DNA from: Styela clava
Lineage: Eukaryota
Length of the DNA: 64,000 nucleotides
Reading direction: 5' to 3'
NCBI RefSeq assembly: GCF_964204865.1
Contig: NC_135262.1
Span: 15,066,001-15,130,000 of the forward strand
Shown here piece by piece: positions 22,365-34,513 of this stretch (positions are counted from its first letter, which is position 1; every line of letters starts with the position of its first letter). The position numbers were made by a program, and so were the translations under genes. Under the pieces are notes generated by a model, which did no database searches, was not told the DNA's origin, and saw only the letters and a list, made by a program, of their open reading frames with translations.

Positions 22365-23675
22365 TTATTCAGGTTCCTCCATTATAATTTCTTTGCTTTC
22401 CCTGGACATGAGTTGTTGTCTTATTTCTGGTGTGATCTTAGGATGGATTTGATACCTCAGCAACTCTCTCAAGCTATCTGCTTGTTCATCAGAGACATCA
22501 TTTCTATAGGTCTCGACAAAGGATAAAAGACATTGATGCCATAACACTGGCAACTCCCTTTTGTCGTTACGAAACTGAGAGAAGTGGAACACAAGAGCAT
22601 CAATGACTCGAAATGGTAGTGCATACTTTTTAGTAATCAAAGCTCGGAGAAAAATGCTGTTACCACCACTATAATGCATTTCTGCTATTTTGATCATTGC
22701 TGCACTAGCATGAAGAACAGGTATCGTGCATTTTGTGATGACGCTCGAGATTATTGTAGCTTCTCTCAAAGTACATGTACCTTCTTCACATAGTGGCAAA
22801 ATGATTCCTTTAAAAAAGGCTGCCGGTTTGTAAAGCGCCTTTTTTAATGCCATAAAAAGGTGAAAGTTCAATCTTTTGTAGTAATGAATATCATCCCTTA
22901 TACGTGGCAGTAAAACCAAATTAAAAAATCTTTGAGCCATGTGAACGTTAAGATTTGAAGCAAATATTCTTGTTGCTTGATACAACGCAGCTGCACTCCA
23001 AGTATCCGGCTCCGTGATATACAAAATCTCTTCCCAATTTTTAAGATGTGGTAAAACTTTGAATGCTTTCGGCAGCTTCCCACTTCTGTATCTAATTAAA
23101 ATGCTTTTGACATCTTTGTAAACTTCAATGATTCTAGGATCAATATCCGGCATGGGATTTTCAACATCAGGCATTAGTGTAGAGACATCGGTTTTCTTTT
23201 CTGTAATTTTCTCCATGATTATATCAGCTAAAGTTCTTCTTGTTGGTGGATCAGGATTCATAAAAGCCTGTAATGCTTTTTCATCTTCTTGATTTATAAC
23301 TATGTCTTGATCTTGATATTCCCCTGAAGCGGCAAGAGCAGCACTTTCTGCTAAACTTGGCCACTCATCTTCATCCTCATTTTCTGAATCGGAATTACTT
23401 TTCTTTCCTAGTTTTATTACAGTTTTAAATTTTGAAGCTCCGATCCCAACTTCTCCTTCCAGTTCTTTTTGTTGTTTTACTGCTGCATCAAGAATTTTTT
23501 TTGTTAATCGATTATCGACAAAATCATCTTCTTCTTGTCTGAATCGAACCTTCGGTTGCCGATTTGATGCCGCCTTAGTAACATTGTCTGCTGTGATATC
23601 CTCAACCAGACCAACTGATTGCTTCACAGCCAGAGGCTCTGCACGCTTCGCTTTGACTTTTTTACTTTTTCCCAT
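22365..23675 (-). CDS. BYSL: Bystin (Enp1 homolog), intronless, 436 aa
   Basis: YRSGKLPKAFKVLP, LYQATRIFASN, AQRFFNLVLLPRIRDDI, KKALYKPAAFFKG and LPVLWHQ motifs. ATG of MGKSKK at 23675; tttag acceptor at 23707-23708; AATAAA at 22341-22336. Confidence 0.96.
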   Translation of the reverse strand: MGKSKKVKAKRAEPLAVKQSVGLVEDITADNVTKAASNRQPKVRFRQEEDDFVDNRLTKKILDAAVKQQKELEGEVGIGASKFKTVIKLGKKSNSDSENEDEDEWPSLAESAALAASGEYQDQDIVINQEDEKALQAFMNPDPPTRRTLADIIMEKITEKKTDVSTLMPDVENPMPDIDPRIIEVYKDVKSILIRYRSGKLPKAFKVLPHLKNWEEILYITEPDTWSAAALYQATRIFASNLNVHMAQRFFNLVLLPRIRDDIHYYKRLNFHLFMALKKALYKPAAFFKGIILPLCEEGTCTLREATIISSVITKCTIPVLHASAAMIKIAEMHYSGGNSIFLRALITKKYALPFRVIDALVFHFSQFRNDKRELPVLWHQCLLSFVETYRNDVSDEQADSLRELLRYQIHPKITPEIRQQLMSRESKEIIMEEPE

Positions 23676-23905
23676 TTTTATCTTGATTATGGTAATATTT
23701 GAAAATCTAAAATTAAAATAAAAAAGGTGGAAGCATGAAATCACACAGAAAAATATAAATTATAATGTTAAATATATATTTACAGCACCTGAAGTTAAAA
23801 AACAGTAACTGTATAAAACTTGCCACATGGCTTAAAGAACATATGTTGCAAAAGCATTAGAACAATAAATTACCACATGCAAATACTCAATTATGAACCC
23901 AGGTT

Positions 23906-26152
23906 CAGTGGCGCAACCAGGCCGTTTTCAACGGGGGGGTCCGACCGGAATTTACACAGTGCAACCACGACGTAAGTCGCAACGCCACTAGGTGTCGCCC
24001 CGCTGACCACGATAAATTGCTCATGGTTAAAAGGGAAACGCCATCGATTAAATCCCAGCCTTTCGCTTACCTTGCACTCGTTCTTAACGGCGCTTCGCTA
24101 TGTCTTGCACCTCGTGGGTAGCAAAACGCCGTTCATTACATTCCAGCGAATTGCTAACGAAAAGCTGTTAATTATTTTCAACGTTTTCCTCGCTTTGCGC
24201 CTCGTGGATAGTGAAACACGGCTTGAATAAATTCCAGTGTTTCCCTCGTGCCGCGCCTTGCTCGTTGGGTGAATTCGTCAAGACTAAAAACAAAATGCAC
24301 TTCTTGCGAATGGACCTTTTCCCGACCCTAACCCCGGAAAAATTCTAAACTAAACTGAAGCTCACCGGAAGACATAATGACAATTAAAATAATTGATTTA
24401 CAACTAATTTTTGGAAACACAACTAAAAACTGACTAATTTAATGCAGGGATGTCCAAATCGAATTTAAATTCAAATATCGCAAACTTCAAATACTGTTTT
24501 TTCGTGTTTATAATAATCCCAAATATGGCGCACATATCCTAGGCGTCGTCGTCCATGTGTGGTTCGGCAATATATTACAGCTGACATGAAAGACTTTCGA
24601 TAAACGCCGACTTGAAGAACTTATAAGACTTCGAGGACGTTTTTGATTGAAAATATTTTCTTATCGGGTATTTTAACTTAGTCGAGATGGTTTAGGCGTC
24701 CTCGGCAAATTGTGTCTTAATTAGTTGTTTTCATCCTCAGTTTCGATAGTGACCGAACATAACAGAAAATTTTTTCATTTCTTCTAATTTAGCGCGTATA
24801 AAATAGCCCTTAAATAGTATTTAATATCTATCGCGGATTTCGTTGGCATCCGGCATTGATAACAACATCAGTTCAGTTAAAGTTAGCGGTATTCATTTAC
24901 AAACAAAAATACATAACAGCCGACATGAAATATTCAAATCAGCGCAGAATTCAATAATAAAACACGTTTTATGGTCTTAATATGCACATAGAAAGAAGAA
25001 AGGACAGAGAAATAACGACTAAGAACGGTATAGTATGTTTGTGTACTTTTGTTTACCATCGTCATCATAATCAAATTAGTTAATCCCGATTCCCAAATTT
25101 CCGTCCGCCAATAATGGAGAATGAAGATGGAAAAACGTGTTTTACTTTTTGAGTCAGCGTTGATTTAAATTTTTCATGTTATGTGTTATAATTTTTTGAT
25201 TATAAACCAATACCTCCAACTTAAAATGAACGATATTGTTATCAACGACGTCAGGACTCGGGATAACGATAAAATCTCCGATAGAAACCAAATAATATTT
25301 AGAAGCTATTTTATAGATTGCAAGAAATTAAAAAATTTCCCGTTAAGTTCGATAACTATCGAAACTGAGGATGAAAACAATTAATTAGGACAGGATTTGC
25401 TTTTAAGTTTATTGCCGAGACGCACAACATATCTTGACTAAATTGAAATATACGATAACAAATGTAAAAAATTTTCAACCCAAAACGTCCTCGACGTCTT
25501 ATAAGCACTTCAAGTCAGAGTTTATTGAAAACCTTTCACGACGACCGTTAGTTATTGCCGTGCCACACATGGCTGCTTTCGATTGCGATAAAAATGAAAT
25601 AATTGTGGAATGTTTTTAAATCAGAACGTGGACGGGGGCGGTAGGATGTTTACGGCGTTTTCGGCCTTTCATATGTAGAAAATCTTAGGTTATTCGAAGC
25701 AATATTTTTCCGAAAATAATTTTCGTATCCAGATTTTCAGAGTTTCTACTGCATTATTATAACATGAAGACGGGCGGCGTTACATTGCGTCAAGATGATG
25801 AAGCACGAGAGTATTCGTCACAAGAGAGAGAGAGATAGCATTATGCTATTGTCGCTTTCAATTCGCATCGACAGCGCGCGATTTCTACTTTTTTGAGATA
25901 ACATATCTCATTTTCGAATACAAACATATACGCGGCGTTAGCGATTATTACGTAACTATCAGCAAAAAAGTATGATTGAAGTCGGGCGGTGTTAAATTAC
26001 GTCGAGGTGATAAAGCACTGGAAAAAAGTAGTTTTCACCCGATTGTTATGACTGTGGAACGACGTTGTTTTAACGTAGAACAATAATAAAAAAAACGAAA
26101 TTCAAACGGGGGGGACACGACCCCCGTAACCCCCCCGCTGGTTGCGCCACTG
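23906..26152. mobile_element. Non-autonomous hAT (Tip100-like) element, 2247 bp
   Basis: 15-bp TIR cagtggcgcaaccag/ctggttgcgccactg; exact 8-bp TSD cccaggtt; no transposase ORF. Confidence 0.92.
24553..25572. repeat. Diverged inverted repeat nested in the hAT element
   Basis: ccatgtgtggttcggcaata...gacttgaagaacttataagac vs its reverse complement at 25482-25572; ttttcatcctcagtttcgatagt vs actatcgaaactgaggatgaaaa. Confidence 0.75.
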
Positions 26153-27216
26153 CCCAGGTTAGTAGTATAAATTCTCAGACATGAATTTTTAGTAAATTTT
26201 GAAGCAATTCAACTTAGGAAAACATATTCCAATCCAGCCACTATTTTCCACACTTTCATTGAAAAAAAAAAACTATGTATAATCTGAGACTAACATAATA
26301 ACTATTTTCCATAAATGTGGTACCACTACATTTAACAAACATGTGTGTGTAATAGCTGGAGACATTGATATAACCAATTATTAACTACATCAATAATTTT
26401 GTAATACATATGAGATAAAAGAGTTAGTAATGTGTTGTTTAAAATTATAGGTAAAATAGAGAATTAACTAAACAGAATAGTATACAAAATATTACAAATA
26501 CAAAATTTTGAAATATAGTGAAAAATATATATTTTTCTCTAAAAATTAAAAAAATAAAGGCAAAATCATAAAACTATATTACTCCTCTTAATAATAAATA
26601 CCGGCACCTAATATTAATGGAGAGTGTTTTGTACAGATATCTGACTCAAAATTCCATTAAAATTATGCAGAAGGAGTGAATATTTGAAGCTTTAGTAATA
26701 ATGAGGATATCTAAGAATCTGACATCACAATTCACAACACAAATAATTAATTTCGATGAATTGATTTAGTTAACAGGTGTATTAGATATAATGGATGCAA
26801 TATTTAAAAAAAACTTTCAATTTGACTATTGAATAAAGAAATTTGTTCAAACAAGGGCCACATGCACTCACTCACTTATATATTAAAGGGATTTCTCGAA
26901 CTTTTACACCGAATTTAATCTGTTATAAGATTGCATTTGAAAAATTCTAAATTGTATGTACTTATTTCATCCTCGGTTTGTTGTTAGATATATCATTATG
27001 TGCTTTACTTTTCTTTCTCGTAACTTTTATGCAACTGCTTTTAAGGTTGAAGGTAAATAACCTTTATGACCAATAGAAATTGAGAAATATTCCCCCACTC
27101 AAGATTTTAAACGCCTGTGGGCCATATTTTTCATAATTTCAAATCGTTTGATAGATATTACATATAATAAATATATGGTACAAAAAAAAAGCACAAATAT
27201 TCAAAAAATCAAATGA

Positions 27217-28041
27217 TCATCTATTTTTTAACAATGCAGTTCTTGCATTGACAAGAAGTTTGAATGCATCTTCACTTCCAGGAGCTACATTTTTATCAGG
27301 ATGAAGCAAAACAGCAAGCTTACGATAAGCTTTATTAATATCATCTCTTGTCGCAGAATGATGTACTCCAAGTTTTTCATAATTATCACGTCCATTTTTT
27401 ATCCTCAATATAGCATCGGCTTGTTCTTTCGTAAAACCAAGATTGGTGTTTACAGGACCACGCTTTCCTCCATTTTCAGATAGTTCTACTAATGCATTAA
27501 ACATGGCCTGGAACATTTCATTTACACCTTCCCCCGTACCGGCTGATGTTTCAAAATAATGAAAACCTTTTCCATCTGCCCATAATCTTCCTTCTGTTGT
27601 ATCAACCACTCTGTTACCTTTATCAGTTTTGTTAGCGCAAACAAAAAATATCACATTGTCCATTTTTTGAGGTTTTCCAATTTCTTGCCGCATTTCTTGT
27701 AACCATGATTCAAGGCATTCGAAACTGACACGGTTTGTTACATCATAAACAAGAATTGCAGCTTGTGTGTCTTTGTAAAACTCATTTCGTACTTCGTAAA
27801 AGTAGGGATGTCCTGCCATATCGAAAATATTTACTTTCAGTTCTTTATCATTTACTTGTACTTTTGTGACACCATAATCAATCCCAATAGTCGCCAGATA
27901 TTTATTTACAAATCTCTTTTCACAGTATCGCTTGATTAAACAGCTTTTACCAACTTCGGCATTGCCCATGCTAATTACTTTTACTCTTATACTTCGAGGA
28001 TGACCTTTTTTACGGGTCAGTGGATTGGTGTTGGAAGACAT
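27217..28041 (-). CDS. DNAJC27: DnaJ homolog subfamily C member 27 (RBJ; Rab-like GTPase + J domain), intronless
   Basis: GNAEVGKS P-loop, DMAGH, NKTD and ETSA motifs followed by a J domain with HPD; 274 aa. Confidence 0.96.
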   Translation of the reverse strand: MSSNTNPLTRKKGHPRSIRVKVISMGNAEVGKSCLIKRYCEKRFVNKYLATIGIDYGVTKVQVNDKELKVNIFDMAGHPYFYEVRNEFYKDTQAAILVYDVTNRVSFECLESWLQEMRQEIGKPQKMDNVIFFVCANKTDKGNRVVDTTEGRLWADGKGFHYFETSAGTGEGVNEMFQAMFNALVELSENGGKRGPVNTNLGFTKEQADAILRIKNGRDNYEKLGVHHSATRDDINKAYRKLAVLLHPDKNVAPGSEDAFKLLVNARTALLKNR

Positions 28042-28345
28042 AACTAGAATGTTGTTAACGTAAACCTAAACAATAAATGACATTGAATTAAATGTAGACT
28101 AACAAACTGGATACCAGATAAAAAATGCTTGGAAAAAACAAAAGCTAAGCAATTAATTACAAATTTTTACTCCGCGTAGTTCAAAACATTATGAAAACCA
28201 TAACAAACAAATAAAAAGAAACAAATTTATGACCTCAGAACTGATGAATTTATTGATGTTTAACCACATAAAAGTTTAAATACCTTGTAGTGAATTAAAC
28301 AATTTTAATAGGTGATTGAAAAAAGACAAAATACCAGTATGTATT

Positions 28346-28996
28346 CTATTCAACAACTTCAATTGCTTTTCTAACTTTTCTTTGCTCAGATAAAGGAATA
28401 GCAGGATTTCCAAAATATGAAATTTCCAATATTCTGTTGAAAAAGTCTTTTATTTGTGCCCATGTGGAATCAAGGTCTTTTGGAAACTCTTCAAAATTTA
28501 TATCATAGTCTGTTGTATGGTATCTCAGCACCCACCATCGTCGATATAAACCAATATCCACTATTCGATTATGAAATTCCCTCCATTTTGGACGTAAAAA
28601 TTTACATTGCGATTCATAATGCTTATTAGTTACGTCATAATCAGTATAATAAATTAGAGAGAAAATCACTAAATTTTGATGGCGAATTCGTCCCTTTGCA
28701 AAATATCCAGAAACTTTTTGAATGTGTTCATCTGATTCTTTGTTTCGAGTTTTATCATTCAATAATACAATTTCATTAGACTTGTCTACAAGCTTTGCAT
28801 AAAACTCGGTTTCGGTCGGCATTGTCCGATTGAGTCGGATTCCAAATAGCAATAATCCTGTATACATTGTTGTTTTACCTGGGTTTTCCTTCATATATTG
28901 CAAAGACTCTAGAGCTGAAGTTCTATAATCGACAATAGCAGTCTTGAGTGATGTTTTCAACCTTTCACCAATACCACGAACCTTCAATGCTGCCAT
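28346..28996 (-). CDS. TIMM29: Mitochondrial import inner membrane translocase subunit Tim29, intronless
   Basis: DY...ENPGK, RN..SD.HIQ, NLVIFSLIY, QCKFLRP.W, RIVDIG..RRWWVL and DYDIN.EEF motifs typical of Tim29; first ATG at 28996. Confidence 0.88.
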   Translation of the reverse strand: MAALKVRGIGERLKTSLKTAIVDYRTSALESLQYMKENPGKTTMYTGLLLFGIRLNRTMPTETEFYAKLVDKSNEIVLLNDKTRNKESDEHIQKVSGYFAKGRIRHQNLVIFSLIYYTDYDVTNKHYESQCKFLRPKWREFHNRIVDIGLYRRWWVLRYHTTDYDINFEEFPKDLDSTWAQIKDFFNRILEISYFGNPAIPLSEQRKVRKAIEVVE

Positions 28997-29324
28997 CACA
29001 ATTATCAGATTGTAATAATCGATAAAGTACTGAACTAGGCAAACAATAGATTCATAGGTATTCTACTTCACAGGATTATTTAAAACTTTTTCGATTTCTC
29101 ATAAATATAAAAAATTGATATTAGCATTAGAAAGAGATGACAAAACTCAAAATATTCAAAATGCAGGGGTCTAGCGAAGCAATCGCTGTAACTCCTTAAA
29201 ATAACGTCAAACAAAATGAAGTTTCCATGTTTTTTTTTCAAGTCAGTTAAATGAAATTCTTGACAGATGTGTTTAGTTAAATCAAACCGACTCATGTTCC
29301 AACTAAGCAGGTCATGTCAAACCG

Positions 29325-30265
29325 TAGGATAGGATTCACATATTTATCCCGGGGGAGAGGAAAGTCGATAAGACGGCTTATCCATATGGCGAACCACGGC
29401 CTCTCGTCCGGTTATTATTGAAAGTCGGGTATGGGATTAGTTATATTGTTTGTTTTCGGAAGCATGGACTTGGTGATGGAGGAAGCCGTAACCGACCAGC
29501 GGTTACGTTAGGGTGACCATATGTCCAAATCCTAAAAGGAGGACACATCGTTTGGTAGAACCATATTCCACCTGTGCCTGAGATATACGCGTTATATATC
29601 TACTAAATTCTCTAGAATTAAAAGTAGAGGCGACAATAGTCGATGTGACGACAATGCAATAATGCATTCTTGTCAACGAGAAACTGTAGCCGCAAGTAAT
29701 GCACTCCGCCTCGCAATCAGCTCGATCTTTTGCAGTTCTTAACTTTTGCAGGTCTGCCAAAAAACCCCGAACCGCTATTGTGCAAGCTCCCTTTTAATCT
29801 CATCAACGGTTGAAATTAGGAGCGCAAATAAAACGTCACAATACTGCAATAGAGAAGCAAATTTTGTGCATGGTTATAGAAAATGAACATTGTGGTGTAA
29901 CCTTTGATACCAATAGCAATAGGTGCGTGGAAATAATCATTGTTGTTTGTGTCAATTATTTCCTAAATTCAACCTGTTTCTAAAACTGAGCTATAATTTA
30001 TTAGTAGATTAGGAATGAGGTGCTGCGCACGCAATAACTTATAACCCCGAGGTTTGTCATAACAACCCAAGGTGATTTCAACCTATTTTGTATTCGGGGT
30101 CTCATATTTCAACGCTTGTCATATGTGATCTGATAATTACAAGTTTCGCACATAACCATCCCTGCATGGGATTCGAACCTGCGAACCCACGCAGAGTAAT
30201 TAGAGGTGCGGTGGCGAGCGTATTCCCAGAGCTTAGCCCATTGGTTGAGCCACACCGCGGCGCGC
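29325..30265 (-). mobile_element. tRNA-derived SINE split by a ~640-bp insertion
   Basis: Head 30265-30145 has A-box-like tggctcaaccaatgg and B-box ggttcgaatccc on the - strand. Tail 29506-29325 ends in (ATCCT)n. The insert starts with a tagggtgaccatatgtcc hAT-type end. Confidence 0.75.
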
Positions 30266-30708
30266 GTACCTCAAGTCTGCAAGTAATTTACAACAATTTG
30301 ACAATCCTAACCTCCACCTCACTGTGTCATCCAAAAATTACGTGAGCGTGGTAGAATGTCTTATCCTACCGACTAGTAAATTTACCCTAAGAGGAACCTG
30401 AAGTTCCTGAAAGCAGTGCTACAGTGCTATCTTGAAAACCAACAGCTGATTCTATGACAGACTGACGCCTTCTTGAATTTCGGCAGTCCGCATGTGTGTG
30501 TGTGTTAGGAGTCACATGGAGCTTTCAGCTCGGGTTCAAGGTCCGTTTCGTAAATTATATTAGAAACCGGCTCGGCGATGTAGCGACTAAGCGTTTGGAA
30601 TACGCTCACCACCGCACCTCTGATTACCCCACGCGGGTTCACATCCGGTGGGGGCTAATTAGGTGTGAGAGGTTTGCTGGACACCTGGCCGAGGTAGGGT
30701 GGTACGCG

Positions 30709-32860
30709 CTACATGGGTGGTGGCTCCTCTACGTCCCATCTCATTGGGCCATATGGGCCGTGGCCCATCAAGCTATGGGCCGCGGCCCTATCAGAAAAAA
30801 TTCAATTATCTTACCAAAATTCTCAATTTTCACAAAATTGTCAATATTCGAACCAAAAAAAAACGCGGTATGCCGCCAAATTTTTTTTTTACGATAAGCC
30901 TTTATAGAGGACTTGCACGGGTCACGTGACTTTGTTACTGGACGGCAATAAAACAAAAACGTCCATTTGGCTCCTGTCAGTTGCAAGTCGGATTATACGT
31001 TTCCGTTTTGTTTGGCTGTTGAAAATTGTTATTTCGTATTGTTCCGTTGGCCTTACGTATAGTATAGACAACGAAATGGATCTTCAGGTATATTCCACTG
31101 ATTTCAAAAGATCCGGAACGTCGCGCAATGTGGATATCATCTATTGCATTGGCAGAACTGCTTGGTGTAAAGTCCAGAAGCCTTCTTACATGTGTTTCAC
31201 TGTTTGCGGACAGCACTTCGTTGATGGTGAGTGATAATGTGGTGATAGTGTGCCGTTATCAATTTCTTCAAATATTCACGAGCTCCCTCATTTCAATGGA
31301 AAGCAGATGACAAACTACTGTTATTAGTAGGCCTACTTGCAGTTGCAGACTTGACTTGTGTAAGACAGTAAGGAATTAATAATCAATTGCTATAAGGTAT
31401 TGTTTCCCTAATTAGCAGGTAATCTATTACTAAGTGTGAAAGGTTGAATAGATAACTAAAGTTTAACACCAGTGGTCACGCAAAAAATAACCAGAATTCA
31501 ATTGAATTCGCCATCTAGGAATACGCTCGCCACCACATCTCTGATCACCCTGGGTTTCAATCCCAGAGAGGATTGCAGCTCTACTCCCACCGAGGGTGGT
31601 TCTCATAACCGCTGATCGGTTACGACCATTCCCCACCATGCAAGTCCATGCTTCTGAAAACAAATAACTGGACACCTTCTGACCAATAATGAAGATTTCT
31701 TTCAATTTAAAACGCAATTATGCCTACCAATGTGGGTAGTTTTCAGGATAGAATTTATCTGTGGTTGGGGGACAGATTGCAAGGTGCAACATCGTACGAT
31801 TACCATTCTATGTCGGGATTAGTTAGCCAGTTATTTGTTTTAGAAGCATATACTTGATGGTGGGGGATGTCGTAATCGACCAGCGGTCGTGGGAACCATC
31901 CTCAGTGGAAGGAGAGCTGCAATCCCTCGCACATAACTATCCCCGCATGGGATTGGAACCTGTGAAACTCCCAGGGAGATCAGAGATGCGGTGGCGAGCG
32001 TATTCTTAGATAGAGAATTCAATTGAATTTTGGTTATTTTTTGCATTAGCACTGGCGTTAAACTTTAGTTATCTATTCAACTTTTCACACTTACTGATAG
32101 ATTACCTGCTAACTAGGAAAACAATACCTTATGGCAATTATTGATTAATACCTTACACGAGTCAAGTCTGCAAGTAGGCCTACGCCTAGGCCTACCAATA
32201 ACAGTAGTTTGTCATCTGCTTTCCATTAAAATGAGAGAGCTTATGAATATTTGAAAATTTGATAACGGCACATGATGACTCACCATCAACGAAGTGCTGT
32301 CCGCAAACAGTGAAACACAAGTGAGATGGCTTCTGGACTTGACACCAAGCAGTCCTGCCAATAGATGATATCCACATTGCGCGGCGTTCCGGATCTTTTG
32401 AAAACAATGGAATATAACTGAAGATCCATTTCGTTGTCTATACTATACGTACAGTCAACGGAACAATACGAAATAACCATTTTTAACAGTCAAACAAAAC
32501 AGAAACGTATAATCCGACTTGCAACTGACAGGAGCCAAATGGACGTTTTTGTTTTATTGCCGTCCAGTAACAAAGTCACGTGACCCGTGCAAGTCCTCTA
32601 TATAAAAATAAAGCAAAATACCAAGATACAGAAAAGAATACTCCTGTAGTATGTGTACCAGGTTAGGGTTAGGACAAAATTTAGTTCAGATTTTTCACAT
32701 TATAGTTCTATTATTAGTTCGGGGACTGTCTGTGTTAGCCAGGTGAATAGTCCCGTTACACAACTCGATGGGCCGCGGCCCATAGCCTGATGGGCCGAGG
32801 CCCAATTCGATAGGCCGTGATCCCGGCCCATGGGCCGTAGATGAGTCACCACTTCCACTC
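30709..32860. mobile_element. DNA element with GGGCC/GGCCC-rich subterminal repeats inserted in a SINE
   Basis: 8-bp direct repeat ggtacgcg at 30701-30708 and 32861-32868; imperfect TIR gtggtggctcctctacg/cgtagatgagtcaccac; SINE halves at ~30567-30708 and ~32861-33010. Confidence 0.65.
30903..32602. mobile_element. Palindromic derivative of a THAP-domain DNA transposon (1.7 kb)
   Basis: Arms ~30903-31670 and ~31826-32602 starting tatagaggacttgcacgggtcacgtgac. Each arm has a frameshifted THAP ORF (MVISYCSVDC...KDPERRAMW...VCGQHFVDG) and a SINE copy. Confidence 0.85.
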
Positions 32861-33089
32861 GGTACGCGTGACCGCTCTCGGTTACGGCTTACTCCACCGT
32901 CAAGTTCCACGCATTTGAAACAAATAGGTGGCTAACTAAGTCCATAACCGACTGTGGCCGTGGTTCGCCACATAATTCTTTTACCCGAGATACATATGTA
33001 AATTCTGTTCTAACCACCTACAGCTCAAAAAAACATTTTGCATCAGATTTGCATAAGATATTTCTAATCTATGTTCAAAATAAATATTG

Positions 33090-33240
33090 TATCTCTGAAA
33101 TGAGCTTTATTGAATGTGGAGTTCCCAGGTTACTATGATTGACCCGCTGGTATTTTTACGCTACATAAACGATCTACCTTTTTGGCCTCTGCATTTTATT
33201 CAACATTGTTTGCAGGTGATACTTCTCTGTTAAAATCAGC
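33090..33240 (+). pseudogene. LINE (CR1/L2-like) reverse transcriptase fragment
   Basis: Frameshifted ECGVP..PLVFLRYINDLP..TLFAGDT, matching the GVPQGSxLGPxLFxxYINDL...FADD motif. Confidence 0.7.
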
Positions 33241-33347
33241 ATCTCGTGTTTCAGAACGTTAAACCGTAGTAGTATATATATACGGTTAAACTGTATGCGG
33301 AATCGACTTCGGAATCGATTCTTCGTGGATTCGACTAGATGTGATTC

Positions 33348-33874
33348 TTATTTGGAAAGAAAAACAATAAATACGTCAAAGCAACAAAGGAGTTTGCAGT
33401 TTTGCTCCCCTGAAATTTGGGTATTTTGTTCTAATCTGCTGTATATATGCCTAATGTTTTTTCAATGGTTGTTGAGTAATTGCAAACTACAAACCTGAAT
33501 AAACTGAGCCGAGTTTGTCATTAGGCAAGGTAGGCTGAAGCCCAGGTGCCTCAGGACATCGACAGCCCTCGACATTCTATTTTTTCTTTAAAATTTTATA
33601 AAACTGATATTTGTTTAAATTTTCAATCAGGGTAATATTTATTGTCCCGAATATCTATCGCGGCCTCTATTTATTTTTTGAGTGCGATGACGCCATCAAA
33701 GTTAAAATTCGTCTACCTTGTGGCGTGATATCTGGTCACGATGTATATCTGGTCATGTTGTCCATCAGCTTTGTTTAAAATAATGGATATTGTTGAATAT
33801 TTGATACCGCAATGAGATTGATACATACTGAAATGGATGAGAGATACACAATCGTCAATAAGGAATGACTCCAA
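33348..33874. repeat. Left arm of ~530-bp inverted duplication (partner 36607-37171)
   Basis: High-identity reverse complement, e.g. tcgtcaataaggaatgactccaa vs ttggagtcatttcttattgacga. Confidence 0.88.
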
Positions 33875-34111
33875 TCAACGGCGTATCTAGGGTGTGGCAG
33901 CCATGGCTCGTGCCATGGGCGCCGTTTGAACAGGGGCGCAAAACAGGGAAAAGTATTTTCCATAAAAGGTTATAAGGATTTCAATTTCAACCGACCTAGA
34001 AGTACAAGATCATCGTGGTAAATAATACATATATTCATTCCAACTGCTTTCATTACAGTAGTGATGTAAATTGTATAATTTAATATTCATTTGGATTTCA
34101 ATCACATTTGT

Positions 34112-34513
34112 AAACAAGAGAGCTATGCTCAAATATATGGACACGTTACGCTGTTTGAAATTGATAAAAGTAATAGCCTTCTAGAAAAAAATTCAAGCTT
34201 TACCTACTGAAAATTCCAAAGCAATTGGCCCAGTAATCAAAGAGAAAAGCGATTTTTTTAAAACGTGTCAAAGAACAAGGATAAGAACAAGTGAGCTATG
34301 CTCGAATATGTGGACACGTAGCGCCACAAAATTCTGATGACGTCATAGCAAAAAATAAAAGTGATAGCTTTCTGGAGAAAAATTCCATCTTTAACCACTG
34401 AAAATTTCAAAGCAATTTGTCCAGTAATCAAAGGGAAAAGCGATTTCTTCAAAACGATACAAAGAACAAGAACACACAACAACAAAACGATCGTTATATC
34501 AACTACGTGTCCA
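34112..34513 (-). mobile_element. Helentron-type MITE with internal tandem duplication
   Basis: Two ~175-bp units starting acaag(a/t)gagctatgctc; subterminal IR ggacacgt/acgtgtcc; terminal hairpin gagc-tat-gctc. Confidence 0.6.

Noticed and set aside
23676-23744. N-terminal extension of the BYSL ORF (MISCFHLFYFNF...)
   Set aside because: Starts at GTG and runs through a polypyrimidine tract/acceptor; the conserved start is MGKSKK at 23675.
27800-27830. DMAGH instead of DTAGQ in the GTPase switch II
   Set aside because: Loss of the catalytic Gln is a known property of RJL/DNAJC27 proteins, not novel.
30145-30265. tRNA gene (B-box GGTTCGAATCCC)
   Set aside because: No cloverleaf evident, and the sequence continues into a multi-copy SINE body.
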